From: Clostridia bacterium
GTDB lineage: Bacteria; Bacillota; Clostridia; Christensenellales; CAG-138
Direction: 5' to 3'
Length of the DNA: 64,000 nt
NCBI GenBank assembly: GCA_017407205.1
Contig: JAFQXA010000019.1
Coordinates: 41,210 to 105,209 of the forward strand
Below, piece by piece: positions 56,771-64,000 of this stretch. The stretch's first letter is position 1, and every line of letters begins with the position of its first letter. Below the pieces are notes generated by a model, which worked only from the letters and a program-made list of their open reading frames with translations, had not been told where the DNA came from and did no database searches. The translations under genes were made by a program, and so were the position numbers.

Positions 56771-58345
56771 ATGGGAAACAAAGTTAAAAATGCAATAACT
56801 GCCTTTTTTGCACCCTCAAGCAAGGGGAAAGGAATCAATGATTATGAGATTTATCTGTCTGCTCAAAAGGAAAAGCATACAAAGCAGGATTTTGAGTATA
56901 AGCCCCTTATAAGCGTGGTTGTAAACAGGGCGGATAAAAAGCTTAAAGCATCACTTGAAAAACAAGACTATGATAATTGGGAGCTTGTCCAGAACGGTGA
57001 AAAGACATCGGGCGATTTTGTGCTTTTGCTCACGGATGACTGTGTGCTTGAAGAGGACGCTCTTTCTTGCTTTGCAGCGGAAATAAACAAAAATGCACGA
57101 ATCGATATGATTTATTCGGACGAGGATGAAATAAACGAAAAACAGGAAAGAGTAAATCCGCTCTTCAAGCCCGACTATTCCGAAATTACGCTTTTAAGCT
57201 ATAACTTTATAGGTGCTGCGATGTTGATAAGCAAGGAGATTTTTGCGAAACTGTCGGATGCGGATTTGTCAAACGAAGATTCTCTCTATGACACGGCGTT
57301 AAGATGTGTGGCATACTCTGATGTCATAATACACATAAAAAAAGTGCTTGTTTCGCGAAGAAAAAAGCGAGGCGTTATTTCAAAAGAGGGTGGACTTTAT
57401 GCGATAAAGTCATATCTTCAGTATAGGCGCCGTTCAATGCTTATGGATGAGGGATTGGTGAAAGGAACTTTTTGCGTACAGGAGGTCAGCAAAAAGAAAA
57501 AGTCGCTCGGCATAGTCATAGTAAGCGGTGGCGATATACTCGCCTTAAGACGGCTTCTTGAATCAATTGAGGAGTGCGTTTTCCATATGACAAAAAAGAT
57601 AGTTGTTATTCGCTTCGGTATAAATGATGCAAGGGAGAAAGCATACTGCGATTTGCTTGAAAAAAGCGGTGCTGTCAAGATGATTTACAGCGAGGAAAGA
57701 AATTACTCAAAGCTTTGCAATGTTGGAGCACGCGAAAATGACTGCGATGTGTTGATGTTTTTAAATCCCAATATGGAAATAATATCGCCGTTTCATATAA
57801 AAAATCTTATGGAGAATTTGAATTCCGAAAAAGTCGGTGCTGTTGCCTGTAAAATTGTCGATAAGGGCGGAAAACTTTCAGATTGCGGTATAACCGTTGG
57901 GCTTGACGGTACGTATGGCTGCCTTTATACGGGTGAAAAAAACGATTTTGAGGATGATGTAAAGAATAGGTTTGTAAATGTTAAGCGTGAGGTAACAGCG
58001 GTTTCTGCAAACTCGTTCACGATAAGGCGTGATGTGTTCTTTGATGCAGGAGGTTTTGACGAAACGATAAAAACTCCCGATGCAGCAATAGAACTGTCTT
58101 TGAGACTCAAGAGAAGAGGCTTTTTTAATGTTTATGACCCGAGAGCTGTTATGATAAAGCATGAAGACGGTTTTGAGTGGGAAAGAAGCGAGAATGACAA
58201 GATAAGAATGTATGATGCTTTAAGACAAATGCTGATTACAGGCGACCCGTGTTATAATCCGAACTACGATTATGCGTGCTTGATTCCGATGGTCGCGGTA
58301 AATGTCTATCCGCCGATTGAACTCAATGAAAATTACAGTAAATAA
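56771..58345 (+). CDS. glycosyltransferase, two GT2-like (GT-A) domains
   Basis: ISVVVN..LLLTDDCVL in the first half and IVIVSGGD..MFLNPNMEI in the second half resemble tandem family-2 folds. Confidence 0.55.
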   Translation: MGNKVKNAITAFFAPSSKGKGINDYEIYLSAQKEKHTKQDFEYKPLISVVVNRADKKLKASLEKQDYDNWELVQNGEKTSGDFVLLLTDDCVLEEDALSCFAAEINKNARIDMIYSDEDEINEKQERVNPLFKPDYSEITLLSYNFIGAAMLISKEIFAKLSDADLSNEDSLYDTALRCVAYSDVIIHIKKVLVSRRKKRGVISKEGGLYAIKSYLQYRRRSMLMDEGLVKGTFCVQEVSKKKKSLGIVIVSGGDILALRRLLESIEECVFHMTKKIVVIRFGINDAREKAYCDLLEKSGAVKMIYSEERNYSKLCNVGARENDCDVLMFLNPNMEIISPFHIKNLMENLNSEKVGAVACKIVDKGGKLSDCGITVGLDGTYGCLYTGEKNDFEDDVKNRFVNVKREVTAVSANSFTIRRDVFFDAGGFDETIKTPDAAIELSLRLKRRGFFNVYDPRAVMIKHEDGFEWERSENDKIRMYDALRQMLITGDPCYNPNYDYACLIPMVAVNVYPPIELNENYSK

Positions 58346-58422
58346 GCTCAAAAGACATATTTTATTCATTGCGTATAATTTCTTGAAATGGTATTATATA
58401 ATACAGCGAATTATAAATAAAA

Positions 58423-60981
58423 ATGAATGGATTTTGTCAGATGAGAAGAATTATAGCAACACTGTCAGCTTTAATAATATTACTTGTTTCGGTTCCGCTT
58501 TCGCTTGCGCAAAGTGCACCTTCATATTCCATTGCCGAAATAGGCTCATGTGCGTATGAGATATGTACTGCACAGGATTCAAAAAAGCCCATTCCGCAAA
58601 ATTTCAAAATAGCAGGGGACATATTAAATGTTGAGGAGTGTTTTCAGCTCATAACAGATGCGGTTTTGGCAGCTGAAAACAAACAAAACGTAAAAATAGA
58701 GTTGGCAGACAATCTCAAAAAACCGCTTGCTTCAAACGGAAACAACTTAAACATCTACGCAGAGCACGAAGAATATATTTCAATGGCGAAGTCTGTTTCA
58801 AACTTCATGGCACGCTACGGTCGGGTTCCCAATTACGGCACATCAAGGTTTGGAAAAATAAGCTACGAAACAATGCTCGTTTCTTTTGCAAGAGTGCTGA
58901 AAGACTACTTGGAAAACGGTACGCTTCCTTCGGTTGTACGATTGAAGTATCTTGCACCCTTTGAAGAACAGCAGGCAACAGAAACAGAAAAAGATACAAG
59001 AATAATCGGCAGAATTCCCCTTATGAACACGGCAGAGCGTATAGGAGCCGTGATAAAAATTCAGAATAAACTCCCGAAATATATTATGCTTGACGGCATT
59101 AGATACACAATGCCGGAGCTTTACTATGCCTTTGCAAAGCTTGTAATGGACTTTTCAGCGGGAAATGTAGGTGATATTGAAATTGTTGATGCACAACCCG
59201 GCGAAAGCAATGGCGAAAATCTTAAGGATGGCTCGCTTTCAAGGGGTGACTATATATCCGTTGCACGTGCGGTCTTAAAGGAAGTACAGGAAAACGGCAT
59301 GGTTCCGAGCTATTGCGAAACACCGCTCGGTGAGATGGGCATGGAAAGCGGCATATACTTCCTGAGCGAGATTATAAAGCATTATAAATACAGATATTAT
59401 TTGCCTGACACATTTGCTGTCACTACATGGAAAACACTTACGGGTGAGGAATTACCGCTTCCCGTTGAAACTGCAACACCTACTCCGAGGCCTACGCCTA
59501 CTCCGTATATCGGCAAGGGCGCAATGGAGGGTGATGAGTTTGAAACAGGTGCTGTCGGCGTATATGGTGCTGTTTCAAGTGCAAGCAAGTTTGCATCACA
59601 AATCGGCCTTGATATATTGAAAGCAGGCGGCAACGCTGTTGATGCTGCTGTGGCAACAATATTTGCAGTCGGTCTTTGTGAACCGTCCGGTTCGTCCGTT
59701 GGCGGTGGCGGTTTGTCCGTTATCTATCTTGCGGAACAGGCAAAATATATAGTTTTTGACTATATGTCCCAAACTCCGTCCGTTTTGAATGGAAGTGGCA
59801 GAGCAAACAAAATTGCAATTCCCGGCATTGTTCACGGTGCAATATCAATGCTTGAAAAGTATGGCACAATGTCACTTAAAGAAGTTCTTGCTCCCACAAT
59901 CAAGCTTGCACGCGAGGGATTTGAAGTAACCTCCACAATGGCGTACAAGATGACAATAATACCCACACAATATCCGTACGCAGTAAACCTTTATCGCAAT
60001 GAAACAAGTGATTTGTACAGCAAGGGTGATATTTATAAGAATCCCGACCTTGCAGATACTTTGGAGCTTATTGCAAACAGGGGTATTGAAGGATTTTACA
60101 ACAGCGAATTTACCGACATGATGTGTGATTATCTGATTGATAACGGAAGCTCGGTTTCAAAACAGGACTTTGCAAACTATACATCACTTGAGCGTGTTCC
60201 GCTTACGACTACGTACAGGGGTTACAAGGTGTATGCAGGCTCAGGTACGGCTCAGGGCGGTTCGAGAGTTATAGGTATGCTCAACAGCATGAGTCAGTAT
60301 GACCTTGCAGCCTTAGGCCATGACAATCCCGAAACAGTCAGAATAACGGCAACAGCGTTTGGCGTTCGTCCTGTATCAAATGCGATTTCGATACTTAAGC
60401 AGGAAGTTCTTGATTCTGTAGATCTTGAAAATTGCGATTGGTACGATATGAAGAGCACAACAATGCTTACAACGTATGATCGCTTTGGCAATATGGTGGC
60501 ATCGAACAATACTTTGGGTGATAATTTCGGAAGTGCTGTTGCAGTTCCGGGTACGGGCTTCTGCTTCAATTCCGGCATGAATACAAGCACGGGCAAACCG
60601 TCATCAAGAATACAGAGCACAATGGCACCTGTTATCGTGGCACACGAGAATGGCTTGCCGATGCTTGCAGCAGGTTCGCCCGGTAACAGTGCAATAATTA
60701 CGGCTACTGCAATAACCGTAAGCAATGTTATTGATTTTGGTATGAATGTAAGCCAGGCAATAAATGCTCCGAGATTTTACGGAAGCGGTTCAACGCTTAC
60801 TATTGAAAACCGTTATTCAAGATCGACACTCGATGCTTTGCGTAACATGGGCTACAGCTTGAGCACAGGTGAATCATACAGCCAGGGCGTTGGCTGTGTA
60901 TCTGCAATATATGTTGATGATGACGGAACGATATATGCAGGTGCGGACTACAGACGCGAATATATGGCGTATGCTTATTAA
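58423..60981 (+). CDS. secreted protein: N-terminal repeat modules (pseudomurein-binding-repeat-like) + Pro/Thr linker + gamma-glutamyltranspeptidase domain
   Basis: Signal peptide (probable start MRRIIATL at 58441), modules ending ..TTWKTLTGEELP, and the linker TPTPRPTPTP. The GGT core reads ASQIGLDILKAGGNAVDAAVATIFAVGLCEPSGSSVGGGG .. KSTTMLT .. AAGSPGN. Confidence 0.7.
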   Translation: MNGFCQMRRIIATLSALIILLVSVPLSLAQSAPSYSIAEIGSCAYEICTAQDSKKPIPQNFKIAGDILNVEECFQLITDAVLAAENKQNVKIELADNLKKPLASNGNNLNIYAEHEEYISMAKSVSNFMARYGRVPNYGTSRFGKISYETMLVSFARVLKDYLENGTLPSVVRLKYLAPFEEQQATETEKDTRIIGRIPLMNTAERIGAVIKIQNKLPKYIMLDGIRYTMPELYYAFAKLVMDFSAGNVGDIEIVDAQPGESNGENLKDGSLSRGDYISVARAVLKEVQENGMVPSYCETPLGEMGMESGIYFLSEIIKHYKYRYYLPDTFAVTTWKTLTGEELPLPVETATPTPRPTPTPYIGKGAMEGDEFETGAVGVYGAVSSASKFASQIGLDILKAGGNAVDAAVATIFAVGLCEPSGSSVGGGGLSVIYLAEQAKYIVFDYMSQTPSVLNGSGRANKIAIPGIVHGAISMLEKYGTMSLKEVLAPTIKLAREGFEVTSTMAYKMTIIPTQYPYAVNLYRNETSDLYSKGDIYKNPDLADTLELIANRGIEGFYNSEFTDMMCDYLIDNGSSVSKQDFANYTSLERVPLTTTYRGYKVYAGSGTAQGGSRVIGMLNSMSQYDLAALGHDNPETVRITATAFGVRPVSNAISILKQEVLDSVDLENCDWYDMKSTTMLTTYDRFGNMVASNNTLGDNFGSAVAVPGTGFCFNSGMNTSTGKPSSRIQSTMAPVIVAHENGLPMLAAGSPGNSAIITATAITVSNVIDFGMNVSQAINAPRFYGSGSTLTIENRYSRSTLDALRNMGYSLSTGESYSQGVGCVSAIYVDDDGTIYAGADYRREYMAYAY

Positions 60982-61017
60982 ACAATATATAAAATTGATA
61001 TATAAGAGGTGTGGGAT

Positions 61018-64000
61018 ATGAAAAAGGCGTTAGCAATTATTTTGGTTATAGCCATGATAATGGCGTATTTTCCTGCTACGCTTGCTGCAAGCGGATTTAC
61101 TGCAAATCAGGTTCTTGATGCTGCACAGGCGACAAAGCTTTATGTTGAGCAGAACGGCAAGCTTCCCGAGAGCGTTAAAATCGCAAGTGAAGATGTAGAA
61201 ATGCCCATGTTCTTTGGCGTGCTTTTGAAGACTACGCTTGCACTTAATGAAAGTGGCGATTTAAGCCAAAGCATAGTGGGTGAAAACTGTGGTGAAGCGA
61301 GTAACCCTCAGGATAAGGTAAAAAGTGTTAATATTGATAAGGACAAGTATCTTGAAATGGCACAAAACGGAATAACCTTTGTTTCAGAAAACGGCCGTTG
61401 TCCGAACTTTTTAACGGTTGTTTCCGGCACGAGGATTTCCTACAACAATGCTATTTATGTTTATTCGTCAATACTCACTTATTATAAAACATATGAGGCA
61501 CTGCCCGACAGTATAGATGTTGTTTCGTGGAAAGAGCTCACGGGTGATGATACAGGAAATTCCGTATCAACACCAAAGCCGACAGCAACCCTCAAGCCGA
61601 CGGCTGAGCCCTTGGGTAAATCCTATAAAAAGAGCGATATTGCAACAGCTGCAATAGCTATTGAACGCACACTCAAGTCAACGAAGGAGTTCCCTGAAAC
61701 TGTCATGGTAGCGGGTGACAGTATACAGTTTGCACAGTATATGTATATTGCGTCCATGGCAATATCTTATTACAATAGCGGAACTGATTCGGAAATACCG
61801 CTTAAGGATATCGCAACTGCTCCGTCACCTACACAAACCGAAACATCGGCTACAATTACAAAAGATGAATACCTTGTTTTGGCAGAAAAGGCTGTAACAT
61901 ATTCTGACAGCAACAGCAGAATGCCCAACTATTTCACATCGGAAATAGGTAGTGTAGGTTATCAATCCTTTGCTCTTGCAATTGTTACAATTCTTGCATC
62001 ATGCGCAAAGAACGGTGCATTGCCCGAAAGCATAAATCTTATTCCGTGGCATGTTTTTGCGACAATGGGTGGCTCAGCAGTTACCGCGGAGCCTGTAAAA
62101 GTGAATTTTGAAGCAGTGCGCCGAATTGCAGAACGTGTAGCCGTTGCAACAAGAAGGCAGAGTGAGCTTCCTATAAGTGTTTCTGTTTTTGGTGTGAAAG
62201 TATATATGTCAAGTTTGCTTTCGCTTTTTACAGATACAGTTGCAGGTCTGCAATCTGAAAAAGAGGAATTTGAAATCAAGAACATTCTTCCTGTTGTAAA
62301 GGGCAATGAAAGCCTTAAGGAAGGTGCACTTTCAAAAAATGAATATCTCATTTTGGCAAAGGATATACAGGAATACATATTATTTGAGGATGAAGCTCCT
62401 CAAAGCATGCTTTGCTCACTTGGTATGATGAGCTTTGAAAATCTTGTTTATACATACGCGAGCTTGCTTTCAGGAGCTGATGCAGACGGAGAGCTTGCAG
62501 ACAGCATTACCGTAAAGACTTGGGAAAATATAACGGGCGAAAAGCTTCAAACTCCGTCAACAGTTCCCGTATACACTCCGGTTCCCGAATTCTTGCCCGA
62601 AAAGGTACAAACACAAAGTTCAACACGGATAAAGACGGTAGCTTATAATGACGTAGCTCAAGCTGCCAAACGCTTGGTGTCAAGAATCAAATATTCAAAG
62701 ACGCTTCCCAAAACGGTTGCAGTCAGTGGCGAAACCATAAGTATCCCTGAATTCTTACTTCTTATGATGAACACTGTTTCCTATATAAACGGTAACATTC
62801 TATCAAGAGTGCAACGCGTTTGGGCTGACAGTCCTGAGGGTGACGGTGAGAATATTGCAAACGGCGTTACAATCACAAAGGAAGAATATGCACAAAAAAC
62901 AAAGGAAGCGGTAGCCTATACAAAGAGTACGGGTTTGGCACCGTCCTACATCATAACAGCTAAAGGTACAATGGGCTTTAAAACAAGTCTGTACTTCTAT
63001 GCCAAAGTGTTGTCTTCATTCCTTGACGAAGAGAAACTCCCCGATTCGGTGACTGTTGAAACATGGGAAAGCTTGACCGGCATGAAACTGCCGGCTCCCA
63101 TGATAACCTTATCACCTGTGCCGACTCCGGTCCCTACACCTTATAACGGCCCCGGTGTTATGGAGGGTGACCTTTACGGAACAAGCGGTGTAGGCACAAA
63201 TGGCGGTGTAGCAAGTGCAAGCAAATATGCTTCGAAGATTGGTGTTGATATCCTCAAGGCAGGCGGTAACGCTATAGATGCCGCTGTTGCAACTATTTTT
63301 GCGGTCGGTCTTTGCGAGCCTTCAGGTTCAAGCTTGGGCGGTGGCGGAATTACGGTAATCTACCTTGCAGAAGAGGATAAGTATATTACCATGGACTACA
63401 TGGTAGGTGGAACAGGCAAGGGAGGTGCAGGCATCCCGGGTATTCCCCTCGGTGCCGTAACAATGCTCGAAAAGTACGGTACAATGACCTTGCAGGAGAT
63501 ACTCAAGCCTGTCATTAAGCTTGCAAACGAGGGCTTTGCGGTCACAAATACATTTTGCAAAAAGTCAAAGCTTGTAGCAGATAAGAAAGATGAATATATA
63601 AGGACACTTTTCAGAAACAGCGAGGGCGAATATTTCAGCGAGGGTGATATATTCAAAAATGAAGACCTTGGTAAAGTGCTTCAGGCCATAAGTGATAACG
63701 GGATCTCATATTTCTATGACAGTGAATTTACTGATGAGCTGTGTGCGTATATGCAGAGCCGTGGACTCACAATGACTCGTGAGCTGTTTGCGTCCTATGA
63801 AGTAATTGAAGGTGAACCGAGAGTTGGAGAGTACAGGGGACACACCATTTACGCAGGCTCGGGTACGGCAACCGGCGGTGCAAGTGTGCTTTCAATGCTT
63901 AAGAAGATGGACGATTATGACCTTGAACTTTTGGGACATGACCATCCTGAAACAGTCAGGATAACTGCAACAAGCTTCGGCATTCGTCCCGCGAGCAGCT
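61018..64000 (+). CDS. paralogous secreted repeat-module / gamma-glutamyltranspeptidase fusion protein, 3'-truncated by window edge
   Basis: Hand translation from ATG 61018 gives MKKALAIILVIAMIMAYFPATLAASGF.. . Four modules end in W(K/E)xLTG motifs. The GGT domain starts about 63150 (ASKIGVDILKAGGNAIDAAVATIFAVGLCEPSGSSLGGGG). The frame is open to 64000, so it is absent from the ORF track. Confidence 0.7.
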   Translation, partial: MKKALAIILVIAMIMAYFPATLAASGFTANQVLDAAQATKLYVEQNGKLPESVKIASEDVEMPMFFGVLLKTTLALNESGDLSQSIVGENCGEASNPQDKVKSVNIDKDKYLEMAQNGITFVSENGRCPNFLTVVSGTRISYNNAIYVYSSILTYYKTYEALPDSIDVVSWKELTGDDTGNSVSTPKPTATLKPTAEPLGKSYKKSDIATAAIAIERTLKSTKEFPETVMVAGDSIQFAQYMYIASMAISYYNSGTDSEIPLKDIATAPSPTQTETSATITKDEYLVLAEKAVTYSDSNSRMPNYFTSEIGSVGYQSFALAIVTILASCAKNGALPESINLIPWHVFATMGGSAVTAEPVKVNFEAVRRIAERVAVATRRQSELPISVSVFGVKVYMSSLLSLFTDTVAGLQSEKEEFEIKNILPVVKGNESLKEGALSKNEYLILAKDIQEYILFEDEAPQSMLCSLGMMSFENLVYTYASLLSGADADGELADSITVKTWENITGEKLQTPSTVPVYTPVPEFLPEKVQTQSSTRIKTVAYNDVAQAAKRLVSRIKYSKTLPKTVAVSGETISIPEFLLLMMNTVSYINGNILSRVQRVWADSPEGDGENIANGVTITKEEYAQKTKEAVAYTKSTGLAPSYIITAKGTMGFKTSLYFYAKVLSSFLDEEKLPDSVTVETWESLTGMKLPAPMITLSPVPTPVPTPYNGPGVMEGDLYGTSGVGTNGGVASASKYASKIGVDILKAGGNAIDAAVATIFAVGLCEPSGSSLGGGGITVIYLAEEDKYITMDYMVGGTGKGGAGIPGIPLGAVTMLEKYGTMTLQEILKPVIKLANEGFAVTNTFCKKSKLVADKKDEYIRTLFRNSEGEYFSEGDIFKNEDLGKVLQAISDNGISYFYDSEFTDELCAYMQSRGLTMTRELFASYEVIEGEPRVGEYRGHTIYAGSGTATGGASVLSMLKKMDDYDLELLGHDHPETVRITATSFGIRPASS

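Overview
This 64-kb window is a chromosomal segment from a spore-forming Clostridia-type Firmicute. The taxon guess rests on spoIIID, the ecfA-ecfA-ecfT-truA block, obg/yhbY/nadD/rsfS and three dockerin-bearing secreted proteins, which suggest a Ruminococcus/Oscillospiraceae-like cohesin-dockerin organism; I could not verify it. Most of the window is housekeeping: ileS (cut by the left edge), ftsH, the ECF energizing module, truA, rmuC, deoD, recD2-comFC, spoIIID, a fused nadD-yqeK, rsfS, tagGH-like exporter, valS, obg, nth, the Rrf2-iscS-iscU operon, metK, ttcA, and a cell-wall/glycosylation block. Three riboswitches are readable directly: cobalamin (about 2330-2580, +), SAM-I (39369-39512, -) and FMN (48866-48990, +). 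One tRNA-Leu(CAA) lies at 47914-48000. I saw no CRISPR array, rRNA, transposase or integrase. Five things deserve a second look. (1) An AT-rich 3.3-kb islet (14697-17975) is bracketed by 24-nt imperfect direct repeats. It carries XRE/ImmA regulators plus a DUF4417 / stand-alone EndoU-like toxin / small-protein operon with an internal recombination scar. (2) A B12-riboswitch-controlled operon encodes only a dockerin protein and a DUF4430 lipoprotein. (3) The tRNA-Leu 3' end plus its terminator is duplicated, followed by a 4+4 inverted array of GTGAAAT heptamers. (4) A bipartite hairpin element occurs twice, each time just after a stop codon. (5) Two tandem secreted repeat-module / gamma-glutamyltranspeptidase fusion paralogs sit at the right edge. 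All domain calls are from motif recognition by eye; no database search was run.
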